Assembly: GCA_026708965.1 (NCBI GenBank)
Contig: JAPOTY010000015.1
Location: forward strand, 642 to 64,641
Direction of reading: 5' to 3'
DNA from: Gammaproteobacteria bacterium
GTDB lineage: Bacteria; Pseudomonadota; Gammaproteobacteria; Steroidobacterales; Foliamicaceae
DNA: 64,000 nucleotides
The position numbers and the translations under genes are program-made. Below, piece by piece: positions 31,345-41,408 of the stretch; position 1 is the first letter of the stretch, and each line of letters opens with the position of its first letter. Under the pieces are notes generated by a model. The model saw only the letters and a program-made list of their open reading frames with translations. It was not told the DNA's origin and made no database searches.

Positions 31345-33515
31345 CGGCTCGGGTAGCCGAGCATACCACGCTCGATCATTTGCCTGGCATCGCCGCCCAG
31401 GCTGGTGAGGCCCTTGAGCGTGAACTGCAGGTACACCGAAGCGCCGCCCAGCGAAACATCTCGCTCCACATGCTGGCGCCACAGCAGCGCCACCGCGATG
31501 CAGCAGGATTCGTATTCGAATCCAAGATAGCGCTCAAGCTCCACTTCCTCGGCGAAGGAGTAGTTGTAGCGGCCCACGGCGGTCCAGCGCTCGCTCACCG
31601 CCCAGCGGAACGCGAGATCGAGGCTCTCGGTTCGCGCCCAACGGCTGCGATAGGCCAGCCGCACGCTGCGGCGCGGGCTCCTGCGGTAAGTAACGGCCAC
31701 CTCCGAACGGCTGGCGGCATCGATTTCGGCATCCCAGAGGTAGCGCATATCCACCCACCAGTCCTGGCCTAGGCCATAGGCGAATTCGGCGATATAGTCC
31801 GAGGCCGCGTCCTCCTGCGAGCTCAGCCCCTCCAGACTCACGCTGCGGCCCCGAAAGTTGTAGCGTTGCCCAAGCGTGAATCTCACCAGCTCCTTTCCGT
31901 CCGAGCTGCGCTGCAGCACCCCCTGCAGGCCGGCGCTCACATGAACGGAATCGCCCACGCGATCAAAGCCCAGGTAGCGGTTGGGACGAAACAGCTGCAC
32001 ATAATTGAAATCCGGAATGATGGTGTCGAACACCGGCATGTAGTCCTGGTTGACGGTAGGAATAAAGCTGATCATCCCGCGGGGCTGAAAGATCACGTCA
32101 AGATTGCGCGACGCGAAGCGCCGCCATAAATCGGCGCTTGCATCGACGCTGGCGACCGGCAGCACCCGGTAGTAGGTCTCGCGCTCGCTCTGAAAGGGCT
32201 CGGACACGTGGTAGCCGGTCACCATCATGGCCAGCGAGGGCGTCACGTCCACGGGGCCGGCGCGGTAGCGGGCGAGCAACTGCGGTTCCAGGTGCATCCG
32301 GGCGCCTGAGGTGCGCTGGGGGTGCTCGAACCATCCGGTCTCCAACCGCAGCTGCGCGTCCACGCCGGGCAGCAATCCGGGCCAGCGGCCGTGCAGGCGG
32401 AACTCGGGAACGCGCACATGGGGCCGGAACAGCCGTTCCACGTCCGGATGCACAACCTGGTGCCCGGTCACGCGGAACAGGGCATCGATGTTGTCGCCAA
32501 CGTAGGCGGCGGCAAGTTCCCTGCGCAGGTGCGTTTGAGCCTGCTCCCAGAATCCCCGGCCGATGTCCTCGATATAGAACCGGTCGGAAACCCAGCGCCC
32601 GTCGGCGGTAATCGTCCAGCGCTCGGACAGCCGGGCCTGCATCTCGATATCCGCATCGAAGCGCGACCGCCCGCGCAGCTTGTCATTCGGCAAATAGCCC
32701 AGATTCAAGCGGCCCGATGAGCTTCGGGTGATGAAGCGATAGTCCGCGCCGGCAAAGAACCCTAGGCGCGACAGGTAGCGCGGAGTGAGAGTGGCGTCCA
32801 TGTTCGGAGCGATATTCCAGTACCACGGGGCATCGATCTCGGCGCCGCGGCGGTTGGAGCTGCCGATTTCCGGCATCAGGAAGCCCGACTTGCGCGTGCC
32901 TCGCGCCGAGAAGGATAACGACGGCAGGTACAGGACCGGCACGTCGAGCAGCCTCAGGCTGATCCGGCGGGCGCGTCCAAACCCGCTGGTCTGCTCCAGC
33001 TCAATGGATCCAGCGCGCAGCTCCCAGTGGCTGCGGCCGGGCAGACAGCTGGTGTAGCTGACTTCCTCCAGTTGCACAAGACTCTTCTGGCCGTCAATAT
33101 GGACCAACTCGGCACTGCCCCGCACCAAGCTGTCGCTCAATGCGTATTCGGCCATGCCGAAGCTGAATTTCTCATCGTCCAGATCCAAAAGCGCGTCGGC
33201 GGCGCGCACTCTCACCTCATCTCCGGAATAAGCGACATTGCCGGAAAACTCGAACCGGTTTTCCCGCTGGTCGAAGCGGGCGGTCTGCACATCGAGCCTA
33301 TGGTTGCCCAGGCAGAAGGAAACATCGCCCAGAAAATCGAATTCTCCTCCCGGAGCACCGCGGATGCCCTTGGACGCGGTCACGCCTAAGGTCGAGTCCG
33401 AACGCTGCATGGCGATTTCGCAGGCCAGGTTCGCGCCGGGCCGCTCCTCCCACAGATCGGTCTGCGGCGAAGCGATACAGGCGGCGGCCAGCGGCGCGAG
33501 CAGGGAAATCGGCAA
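31341..33515 (-). CDS. lptD: LPS assembly protein LptD
   Basis: YTSC, RKSGFLMP, PWYWNIAPNMDAT, YESCC, QFTLKGL; TTG start uncertain. Confidence 0.93.
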   Translation of the reverse strand: MPISLLAPLAAACIASPQTDLWEERPGANLACEIAMQRSDSTLGVTASKGIRGAPGGEFDFLGDVSFCLGNHRLDVQTARFDQRENRFEFSGNVAYSGDEVRVRAADALLDLDDEKFSFGMAEYALSDSLVRGSAELVHIDGQKSLVQLEEVSYTSCLPGRSHWELRAGSIELEQTSGFGRARRISLRLLDVPVLYLPSLSFSARGTRKSGFLMPEIGSSNRRGAEIDAPWYWNIAPNMDATLTPRYLSRLGFFAGADYRFITRSSSGRLNLGYLPNDKLRGRSRFDADIEMQARLSERWTITADGRWVSDRFYIEDIGRGFWEQAQTHLRRELAAAYVGDNIDALFRVTGHQVVHPDVERLFRPHVRVPEFRLHGRWPGLLPGVDAQLRLETGWFEHPQRTSGARMHLEPQLLARYRAGPVDVTPSLAMMVTGYHVSEPFQSERETYYRVLPVASVDASADLWRRFASRNLDVIFQPRGMISFIPTVNQDYMPVFDTIIPDFNYVQLFRPNRYLGFDRVGDSVHVSAGLQGVLQRSSDGKELVRFTLGQRYNFRGRSVSLEGLSSQEDAASDYIAEFAYGLGQDWWVDMRYLWDAEIDAASRSEVAVTYRRSPRRSVRLAYRSRWARTESLDLAFRWAVSERWTAVGRYNYSFAEEVELERYLGFEYESCCIAVALLWRQHVERDVSLGGASVYLQFTLKGLTSLGGDARQMIERGMLGYPSR

Positions 33516-33660
33516 GCTGGGGTTCCTCAGTCCAAACGGTGGCCGGCGGCGGCTGATGCGCCGCCAAGCAGGGTTGGGGCCATCATAGTTTCAATGCGCG
33601 CATATTTCACTTTTACCGCGCTCCGCCCGCCGCCGTGAGACAATCCGCTCCCTAACAGCA

Positions 33661-34365
33661 ATGACCAGCGCACAACCACTGATTCGGCCTGCAAAGGCAA
33701 TGATTCTGGCCGCCGGACGCGGCGAGCGCCTCAGGCCCTTGAGCGACCGTCTGCCCAAGGCGCTGATGCAGGCGGGCGGCAGAACCCTGATCGAGCTTCT
33801 GCTGGAGGCGCTTGCCGCCGCGGGCGTGCGCGAGACGGTCATCAATCTTTCGTGGCTGGGCGAAATGATACGGGAACGGCTGGGAGAGGGTTCGCGCCAC
33901 GGGATCCGGATCCATTACAGCGACGAGGGCGATTCCGCACTCGAAACCGGCGGCGGCATCCGCAAGGCCCTGCCGCTGCTGGGCGCGGAGCCTTTCTGGG
34001 TGGTCAACGCGGACCTGAGAACCGATTTTCCCTTCGGCGACGTGCGGCTGCGGCCGCAGGACCTGGCTTGGCTGATGCTGGTGGCCAATCCCGCGCATAA
34101 TCCCGGCGGCGACTTCGGCCTGCGCGGATCGCGGATCGGCGCGCTCGGAGCGCGCCATACTTTCGCGGGCATCAGCGTGCTGCGTCCCGCTCTGTTTGCC
34201 GGAATCGAGGATGAGCAATTTCCGCTGGCTCCGCTGCTGCGGGCGGCCGCCAAAGCGGGGCGCGTGGCGGGCAAGCTCTACGAAGGCTACTGGGCCGATG
34301 CGGGCACCGCTGAACGGCTGGCGGCCATCCGCTGGGCAGGAGCGTCGGCCCCCTCGGCACTGTAA
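33661..34365 (+). CDS. murU: N-acetylmuramate alpha-1-phosphate uridylyltransferase
   Basis: AMILAAGRGERLRPL, ALETGGGIRKALPLLG, NPAHNPGGDF; divergent from lptD. Confidence 0.88.
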   Translation: MTSAQPLIRPAKAMILAAGRGERLRPLSDRLPKALMQAGGRTLIELLLEALAAAGVRETVINLSWLGEMIRERLGEGSRHGIRIHYSDEGDSALETGGGIRKALPLLGAEPFWVVNADLRTDFPFGDVRLRPQDLAWLMLVANPAHNPGGDFGLRGSRIGALGARHTFAGISVLRPALFAGIEDEQFPLAPLLRAAAKAGRVAGKLYEGYWADAGTAERLAAIRWAGASAPSAL

Positions 34366-34958
34366 AGCCGGCCGAGCAGGTGCGGCCTCAGCCGGGCGGC
34401 GGCGCGCGACGGATCGGCAGGGCCGCCCAGGTCGGCGAAATTGACCGCTTCAAGGCCCTTGAAGCCGCAAGGATTGATCCGCGCAAAAGGCGCGAGATCG
34501 GCGCGCACATTGAGCGCCATCCCGTGATAAGAGCATCCGCGGCGCAAACGCAGTCCGATCGCTGCGAGTTTGGCGCCGGCCACATACACGCCGGGCGCGC
34601 CAGGCCGGCGCTCGCCCTTAATGCCGAATTCAGCCGCGCAATCGATCAGCGCGGCCTCCAGCGCGCACACCAGAGACCGCGGCCCCAGCCGGGCGCGGCG
34701 CAGATTCAGCAGCGGATACACCATCAGTTGTCCGGGGCCGTGGTAGGTCACCTGGCCGCCGCGGTCGGATTGTTCCACCGGAATATCGCCGGGATCAAGA
34801 ATATGCGAAGGATCCGTCTTCACGCCCAGCGTGAACACGGGGTGATGCTCGCAAAACCAGATCTCATCGGCGTCGGAGGGTTCCCGCTCGCCGGTAAAGC
34901 GCTGCATTCGCCGCACCGTCTCCGGCCACGGCTGTCGCCCCAGCCAGCGGACTTTCAC
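34287..34958 (-). CDS. lipB: Lipoyl(octanoyl) transferase
   Basis: EHHPVFTLG, DRGGQVTYHGPGQ, KLAAIGL, YHGMALN, INPCG; GTG start inferred. Confidence 0.95.
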   Translation of the reverse strand: MKVRWLGRQPWPETVRRMQRFTGEREPSDADEIWFCEHHPVFTLGVKTDPSHILDPGDIPVEQSDRGGQVTYHGPGQLMVYPLLNLRRARLGPRSLVCALEAALIDCAAEFGIKGERRPGAPGVYVAGAKLAAIGLRLRRGCSYHGMALNVRADLAPFARINPCGFKGLEAVNFADLGGPADPSRAAARLRPHLLGRLYSAEGADAPAQRMAASRSAVPASAQ

Positions 34959-34996
34959 TGAATCCGCCGGGAAACGGCTACGGAGGCCAGCATGGG

Positions 34997-36151
34997 CTAT
35001 TCGAACCAGAGCAGAACGGCATCCCGTGTGCGCTGCCACCAGCTTCCGGCCGAAACCGCGCGTTCCGGAACCAGCGGCTGCTGGGCAAGCACCTCGCCAT
35101 TGACCGTCACGAGCACCTTGCCGATCACGGTGTCGGTGGCCAGCGGGGCGATCAAGGGCTCGTTGACCACAACCTCGGTTTCGGCGCCGTCGGCCGTATT
35201 CTTGGGGAGCGTCATCGCCACTCCTTCGGGCACGGTCAGGCCGATCACCGTGTCGCCGCCCTTCCACACGCGCGCCGAGCCTAGGGAGGCGCCCGCCTCA
35301 AGCAGCGTGCGGTTCTCGAAGTAGCGAAAACCGTAGCTCAGCAATCGCAGCGCATCCTGCGACCGCTGGGCATCGCTGGAAGCGCCCATCACCACGGCGA
35401 TCAGTCGCATGCCGTCGCGCACCGCCGAGGCAACCAGGCAATATCCCGCCGATTGCGTATGCCCCGTCTTGACGCCGTCCACTGTGGCATCCCGCGCCAG
35501 CAGCGTGTTGCGGTTCGGTTGCGCGATGCCGTTCCAGGTGAATTCGCGGATCGCATGCATGGCGTACAGTTCCGGGTAATCGCGAATCATGGCGCGGGTC
35601 AGAAGCGCGGTGTCGGCGGCGGTGGTGTAATGGTTTTCGCCGGGCCAGCCGGTCGAGTTCTCATAGCGGGTGCCGGCGAGCCCCAGCCTTGCGGCCGCCG
35701 CGTTCATGATCCCTGCAAAGTCCTCTTCCGCCCCCGCCAGATGCTCGGCCAGGGCCACGCTGGCATCGTTGCCCGACTGCACGATCATCCCCAGCAGCAG
35801 GTTTTCCACGCTCACCCTGCTGTTCAAGTCGAGAAAGGTTCTGGACCCCTGCATGCGCCAGGCGTTCTCGCTGACGACGGCCTCCTCCGAAAGGCGGATC
35901 TCGCCCGCCCGCACCGACTCGAATACCACGTAGGCGCTCATGATCTTGGTGATGCTGGCCGGCTCCACCCGGAGGTCCGGTTCGCGCGAGGCCAGAACCG
36001 CCCCGGTTGACTGCTCCATCAGCACGAACGATGAAACCTCAAGCGCCGGCGGCTGCGGCAGCCCGGGCGTTGGGCGCGCCGTTTGCGCATCCGCCGAGGA
36101 AAGCGCAAACGCCGCGATCAGTCCCAAAAGCGATACGGTGCTTTTCTTCAT
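34997..36151 (-). CDS. dacA: D-alanyl-D-alanine carboxypeptidase (PBP5/6)
   Basis: SITK, SGN, KTG motifs; signal peptide. Confidence 0.93.
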   Translation of the reverse strand: MKKSTVSLLGLIAAFALSSADAQTARPTPGLPQPPALEVSSFVLMEQSTGAVLASREPDLRVEPASITKIMSAYVVFESVRAGEIRLSEEAVVSENAWRMQGSRTFLDLNSRVSVENLLLGMIVQSGNDASVALAEHLAGAEEDFAGIMNAAAARLGLAGTRYENSTGWPGENHYTTAADTALLTRAMIRDYPELYAMHAIREFTWNGIAQPNRNTLLARDATVDGVKTGHTQSAGYCLVASAVRDGMRLIAVVMGASSDAQRSQDALRLLSYGFRYFENRTLLEAGASLGSARVWKGGDTVIGLTVPEGVAMTLPKNTADGAETEVVVNEPLIAPLATDTVIGKVLVTVNGEVLAQQPLVPERAVSAGSWWQRTRDAVLLWFE

Positions 36152-36194
36152 ACCTGGTACCTGGTCCTTAAAGATGCAGTGCCTGACCTCGACG

Positions 36195-36944
36195 CTACCC
36201 GGGCGGCGCCCCGCCGGACACCCGCATTGTGCGCGCGATGCCCAGCGCCGCCAGCCTTCCCGCCAGCCTTCCGGATTCGCGCTCATTCCCAAGCGGACCC
36301 ACCCACACGGCATACACGCCGTTGCCCTTGCGGCGCACATACACGCCGGCAATGCCCGCCTGCCGGATCCGCTGATACAACTTGACGGCGTTGTCGCGGT
36401 AAGCGAACGCGCCGGCCTGGATATAGGTGTGGGCGCCCCCCGCGATGACGGGTTCCGGCGACCCCCCGGGCTCCAGCGCTTCCACGCGCACTCTGGCCGT
36501 GCCATGCCGAACCACGCCCAGCTCCCTGGCCGCGCTGTAAGACAGATCGATCACTCGCCCCTTCACGAAGGGCCCGCGGTCGTTGACGCGCAGCTCAAGG
36601 CGGCGGCCGTTGTCGAGATTGGTCACCCGCACGCGGGTGGGCAGCGGCAGGGTCTTGTGCGCGGCGGTCATGGCGTACATGTTGTAGGTTTCGCCCAAAG
36701 CGGTGGGCCTGCCGTGAAATTTCTCCCCGTACCAGGAGGCCATGCCGGTTTCGACAAAGCCTTCGGCGGACACCATGGGGCAGTAGCGCTCGCCGAACTG
36801 CGTATAGCAATCCTTTCCCGGCCGGCCTCCGGATGAACCGCCCCAGGCAAAGCCGGCCACGTCCCTGACGATCGAGCAGGAGGACGCAAGGATCACGGAG
36901 CCCGCCAGGAGCATCGCCCGCACCAATTTTGCGTGGCGCGACAC
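36195..36944 (-). CDS. rlpA: Septal ring lytic transglycosylase RlpA
   Basis: ASWYG, TAAHKTLPLP, VNDRGPF, C-terminal SPOR (QAGAF). Confidence 0.95.
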   Translation of the reverse strand: MSRHAKLVRAMLLAGSVILASSCSIVRDVAGFAWGGSSGGRPGKDCYTQFGERYCPMVSAEGFVETGMASWYGEKFHGRPTALGETYNMYAMTAAHKTLPLPTRVRVTNLDNGRRLELRVNDRGPFVKGRVIDLSYSAARELGVVRHGTARVRVEALEPGGSPEPVIAGGAHTYIQAGAFAYRDNAVKLYQRIRQAGIAGVYVRRKGNGVYAVWVGPLGNERESGRLAGRLAALGIARTMRVSGGAPPG

Positions 36945-36972
36945 TAGAACGCTGGACTAGGGCCTGCTAGCA

Positions 36973-37956
36973 CTAGAGCGGCCGCCGAGTGTCGCCGGAG
37001 GTAATGGCCTCTCCGAGCTGATGCACCACCAAGGCGTACATATAGCTGCGGTTGTAGCGCGTGATCACGTAGAAATTGGGAAGCGCCAGCCAGTATTCCG
37101 GCCCGTTGGGGCCCAGCATCCTCAGCAGGCCCGCGGGCGTGTCGTCGCTGAGGCTGGCGTCGAAGAGCACGCCGGCAGCGCGCAGCGCGCCCACTGAAGC
37201 GGGCGGCGAAAGTCCGCGTTGCTGGGGTTTGGCGGTGCTTCCTTCCGCCAGCGAAGCAGGCAGCGCAACGCCACCGCCCCGCTGCCATCCATGAGCGCTC
37301 AGATAGGCAGCGACGCTGCTAAGCACGTCCCGCCAGCTGCCGAACAGATCGCGCCGGCCGTCGCCGTCGCCGTCAACGGCGTAGCGGCGATAGCTCGATG
37401 GGATGAACTGGGCGCGCCCCATGGCGCCCGCGTAAGAGCCCAGAACCGCCGCCGCATCCAGAGCGCCCTCGCTGCCCAGCACCATGAAATCCTTGAGTTC
37501 CCGGCGAAAGAAGTCGCCCCTGCGCGGATGGTGGAAGGCCAGCGTGGCCAGCACATCCAGCACGCGGTGCCTGCCGGTGATGCGTCCATAGCGCGTTTCC
37601 ACGCCAAGGATGCCCAGCACAACCGATGCCGGCACTCCGGTTTCGCGGGCCACGCCGGCCAGGACCTCGCCGTGCAAACGCCAAAAAGCCTTGCCTGCTG
37701 AAATTCGCCTGCTGTCCATGAAGATACGACGATACGCGGCCCACTCGACCGCGGCCTCCGGCGCCCGGCTCATCAGCTCGATCAAATCGGGGCGCAGCTC
37801 CGCCGAGGCAAGCAGTTCGCGGGCCTGCGCCGGAGACACCTGCTCCTCGGCGGCCAGTTCTTCCAAAAAGCCCCGGACAGCGGGGTCGTCGAGGTCCATG
37901 GCGGCCGCGCTCCACGCGGCGCACAAGAGGCAAGAAGGCAAAAGAAATCGATGCAC
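36973..37956 (-). CDS. mltB: Lytic murein transglycosylase B
   Basis: GVETRYG, GSYAGAMGRAQFIPSSY, ITRYNRS. Confidence 0.93.
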   Translation of the reverse strand: MHRFLLPSCLLCAAWSAAAMDLDDPAVRGFLEELAAEEQVSPAQARELLASAELRPDLIELMSRAPEAAVEWAAYRRIFMDSRRISAGKAFWRLHGEVLAGVARETGVPASVVLGILGVETRYGRITGRHRVLDVLATLAFHHPRRGDFFRRELKDFMVLGSEGALDAAAVLGSYAGAMGRAQFIPSSYRRYAVDGDGDGRRDLFGSWRDVLSSVAAYLSAHGWQRGGGVALPASLAEGSTAKPQQRGLSPPASVGALRAAGVLFDASLSDDTPAGLLRMLGPNGPEYWLALPNFYVITRYNRSYMYALVVHQLGEAITSGDTRRPL

Positions 37957-37959
37957 GGG

Positions 37960-39069
37960 CTAACGGGCGAGATAACGCTGATCGCTGTGAATAGCCATGA
38001 GAATACCCAAGCCCGCAAGGAAAGTCACATTGGCGCTGCCGGCCACGCTCACCAGCGGGAACGGCAATCCTACCACCGGCAACAGTCCGGTGGTCATGCC
38101 CGCGTTCAGCAGAAAGCTGGAGAAAAAGCCCAACGCCAGCGATGTGGCCAGCAAGCGGGAAAAACGCCCGCGCGCGGCAAGGGCGATTTGCAGCATGCGG
38201 ACCGAAATCGCGATGAAAAGCAGCATCGCGGCTAATGCGCCCACAAAGCCGAACTCCTCGCTAATCACGGAAAATACGAAATCGGTAGTGGGTTCCGGCA
38301 GGAAGCCGAACTGCGCTTGGCTGCTCTGCATCCATCCCTTCCCGAACAGTCCGCCGGAACCGATCGCGATCTTGGACTGAATCACTTGGTAGCCCGCTCC
38401 CAGAGGATCGGCTTCGGGGTTCAGCATGTTGAGGACCCGCGCGCGCTGATAGTCCTTGAGACTCACCCAGAGCACCGGCGCCGCCAGCAAGGCGGTGAGC
38501 GCGCCACCCACTATGAACCGCCGCCGCAAGCCGGCCAGGAAAAGAGGAATCATGCCAAACAGGAGCAGCACCGCGCCGGTCCCTAGATCAGGCTGAAGAA
38601 CCACCAGCCCCACCGGAGCGGCGATAAGCAGCAGCGCCGTCATTGCGCGTCCCGGCCTCGGCGCTTGCCTGGATTCGCGCAGCAGCGATGCCACCATCAC
38701 AGGCACCGCCAGCTTGGCGAATTCGGAAGGCTGGAAGCGAATGCCGAAGTCCAGCCAGCGTTGCGCCCCGCCGCCTTTCTCGCCTACCAGCAGCACTAGG
38801 ACGAGCAGGAACACAACGGCGCCGTAAATCCAAGGCGCGGTCATCGCCAAAAAGCGCGGAGAGAACTGCGCCAGCACCAGCATGACGCTAAAACCGATCA
38901 GCAAGCGCGAACATTGAAACAACAGCACACTGCCGGAGCCGCCCGAAGCGCTGTAGAGCACGGCCAGCCCGCCGGCAACCACCAGAGCCACCCACACCAG
39001 AAGCCAGCCGTCCAGCTTCAGCCGTTGCAGCAGGCCAAAGCCCGGGGAGCTTGCGGCAGCTGGGATCAT
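37960..39069 (-). CDS. rodA: Rod shape-determining protein RodA
   Basis: GAQRW, QPSEFAK, LQPDLGT, QSKIAIGSGG, LPEPTTDF. Confidence 0.96.
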   Translation of the reverse strand: MIPAAASSPGFGLLQRLKLDGWLLVWVALVVAGGLAVLYSASGGSGSVLLFQCSRLLIGFSVMLVLAQFSPRFLAMTAPWIYGAVVFLLVLVLLVGEKGGGAQRWLDFGIRFQPSEFAKLAVPVMVASLLRESRQAPRPGRAMTALLLIAAPVGLVVLQPDLGTGAVLLLFGMIPLFLAGLRRRFIVGGALTALLAAPVLWVSLKDYQRARVLNMLNPEADPLGAGYQVIQSKIAIGSGGLFGKGWMQSSQAQFGFLPEPTTDFVFSVISEEFGFVGALAAMLLFIAISVRMLQIALAARGRFSRLLATSLALGFFSSFLLNAGMTTGLLPVVGLPFPLVSVAGSANVTFLAGLGILMAIHSDQRYLAR

Positions 39070-40946
39070 CTCGCCTGCGCCACCTGGTCCGGCGGCGAAT
39101 GGTTGGCCAGGTAGGTATCCAGCACCCGCGCAGCCACCGCGGCCGCGGCGCCCGAGCCCGAGCCCCCGTTTTCCACAATCACTGCCAGCGCAATGACCGG
39201 ATCGTGCACCGGAGCAAAAGCCACGAACAGGGAGTGGTCGCGGAAACGCTCGTTAATTTCGCCGGGGTCCACCTCGCCCTCCTGCGGCAAGGCCACCACC
39301 TGCGAGGTGCCGGTCTTTCCCGCCGCGGTATAGGCAAGCTTGGCCCCCGTGGCGCGGGCTGTTCCCTTAGGGCCGTGCAGCACCGCCACCATCGAGTCCA
39401 CCACCGTGAGCCAGTGCTCGGCGGACTCGGGCGCAATCATCCCGGCCGGCTCCGGCGCCCGGGCCGCCAGCCGGCCGCTAACGGGGTCGCGGATCGCTTC
39501 AACCAGCCGCGGCTTGTATCGAATGCCGCGCATGGCGATCTGCGCCGTGGCCTGCGCCAGTTGCAATGGCGACACCACGAGGCTGCCTTGGCCGATGCCG
39601 GTCACCACCGTTTCGCCGGGGAACCAGGACTGTTGCGCGGGATCGCTGAAAGCGGACCTTTTCCAAGCCCGAGACGGCACAATGCCTGGCCTTTCTCCGG
39701 CGATGTCGATACCCGAGGCCGCGCCGAAACCGAACCAGGCCAGACCCTCGTGGATCCCTTCGATATCCATGTCGCGGGCCAGCTGGTAAAAATAAACGTC
39801 GCAGGACTGGGCAACCGCATCGTGCATCGTCAGCGTGCCATGGCCCTCGCGCTTCCAGTCGCGGAACAGGCGGCTGTTTGCGGACAAGCGGTAGCTTCCT
39901 CTGCAGTACATGGTCTGCCCCGGGTCCCGGTAGCCTTCCGCCAGCGCCACCAGCGCCAGCATCGGCTTGATGGTGGATCCCGGCGGATAGAGCCCGCGCA
40001 CGGCCCGATTGAACATCGGCAGGGCCGGGTTGCGGTTGAGTTCGGCGAAGCGGACGCTGTCCATGCCGGACACGAATTCGTTGGGATCGAAAGCTGGACT
40101 GCTGACCAAGGCCAGCACGCCGCCATCCCGGGGATCCACGGCAACCACGGCGCCGCGGCGCGATTCCATGGCGGCAAAAGCCTCTCGCTGGAGTTCTCCG
40201 TCGAGGGCGAGTTGCAGGTCCGCGCCAGGCAAGGGATCCAGATCGCTGGTGCGTTCCAGCGGCCGCCCGTAGGCATCCATGAGGATCCGTTCCCCGCCCG
40301 CGGAGCCGCGCAGATCTTCTTCGTAGCTCCCCTCCACGCCGGTCTTGCCGATAAGCGGAATGCCGGCGTAAACCGACGGGTCCAAGCGTTGCTTGTCGGC
40401 GGCGCTGACCGCTGCCACATATCCCAGCGCATGAGCGCCGGACGGCCCCAACGGATACTCGCGCAGCAGCAGCCCTTCGATATCCACGCCGGCAAACTGG
40501 TGGCGTCTCACGGCAAACCGCGCCGCTTGCTCCTCGGGCAGCATGGCGCGAACAGCAAAGGGCGCGAACGAGGGCGAAAGCCGCAAGGCTTCCATCAACT
40601 CGCCATGCCGCCCGGTCTTCACGAAGCCCTGGTTTTCCAAGCGCGTGAGCGTGCCGGAAACATCCTCTGCCTGCTCGGCAACCAGAATCAGGTGGAAACT
40701 CGCACGGTTGGCCACCAGAAGTTCGCCGTTGCGATCCAAGATGATGCCGCGCCGCGGAGCGATCCTGCGGGGCTGCATCTGGTTGGCCTGGGCCTGCCCC
40801 ACATAATGGCTGTGGCGCACAAGCTGCAAGTGGCTCATCCGGGCAAGCAGCACGAGCACAAAAAAACCCATCAGCGCCACGAGATAGGTGGTGCGGCGGA
40901 TGAGGGTTCCCGACCCGGCGGTTTCGATATGCCTGCGGATTGCCAT
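39066..40946 (-). CDS. mrdA: Penicillin-binding protein 2
   Basis: PRRGIILDRNG, STIK, SCD, KTG motifs. Confidence 0.96.
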   Translation of the reverse strand: MAIRRHIETAGSGTLIRRTTYLVALMGFFVLVLLARMSHLQLVRHSHYVGQAQANQMQPRRIAPRRGIILDRNGELLVANRASFHLILVAEQAEDVSGTLTRLENQGFVKTGRHGELMEALRLSPSFAPFAVRAMLPEEQAARFAVRRHQFAGVDIEGLLLREYPLGPSGAHALGYVAAVSAADKQRLDPSVYAGIPLIGKTGVEGSYEEDLRGSAGGERILMDAYGRPLERTSDLDPLPGADLQLALDGELQREAFAAMESRRGAVVAVDPRDGGVLALVSSPAFDPNEFVSGMDSVRFAELNRNPALPMFNRAVRGLYPPGSTIKPMLALVALAEGYRDPGQTMYCRGSYRLSANSRLFRDWKREGHGTLTMHDAVAQSCDVYFYQLARDMDIEGIHEGLAWFGFGAASGIDIAGERPGIVPSRAWKRSAFSDPAQQSWFPGETVVTGIGQGSLVVSPLQLAQATAQIAMRGIRYKPRLVEAIRDPVSGRLAARAPEPAGMIAPESAEHWLTVVDSMVAVLHGPKGTARATGAKLAYTAAGKTGTSQVVALPQEGEVDPGEINERFRDHSLFVAFAPVHDPVIALAVIVENGGSGSGAAAAVAARVLDTYLANHSPPDQVAQAR

Positions 40947-40952
40947 GGAGGA

Positions 40953-41408
40953 TCAGACCTTGAGGAACAGGAAAGCGACCAGGATAAGCAGGCCCCCGCT
41001 CAACAGGCTGCTGACCAGGCCCGGCAACGAGCCGGGTTGGCCGAACCAGCCGCCGATCAAAGCCACCGTAAGCAGGTAGGCCGCCAGAGTCGCCATCGCC
41101 AGCAGGAAGCGCTGCCAGGGCGGCGAAGACAGCATCCAGTCACGCAGGTTGGTGGCCATGAAGGTGAGCACTGTGGCGGCCATTGCGTGCAGGCCCAGGG
41201 GCGTGCCGGAAAGCAGATCATGGGCAAGTCCGGCAACTGCGGCGATCAGCAGGCGGTTCTGCGCCGAACCGGCGAGAACCAGCCAGATGAGCGCCACGCC
41301 CAACCACGGCGGCTGCCAAAGCCGCAGGGCCTGAGGAAGGGGCAGCACCGCGAGCAACAGGGCCCCGGCAATCAGGTAGTAGCTTCGCCTAACCGCGCTG
41401 GCCATCAT
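40953..41408 (-). CDS. mreD: Rod shape-determining protein MreD
   Basis: Hydrophobic, GLAHDLLSGTPLG; located between mreC and mrdA. Confidence 0.85.
   Translation of the reverse strand: MMASAVRRSYYLIAGALLLAVLPLPQALRLWQPPWLGVALIWLVLAGSAQNRLLIAAVAGLAHDLLSGTPLGLHAMAATVLTFMATNLRDWMLSSPPWQRFLLAMATLAAYLLTVALIGGWFGQPGSLPGLVSSLLSGGLLILVAFLFLKV

Noticed and set aside
34287-34365. 79-bp convergent overlap of lipB and murU
   Set aside because: Low-complexity tails, most simply stop-codon drift in a GC-rich genome.
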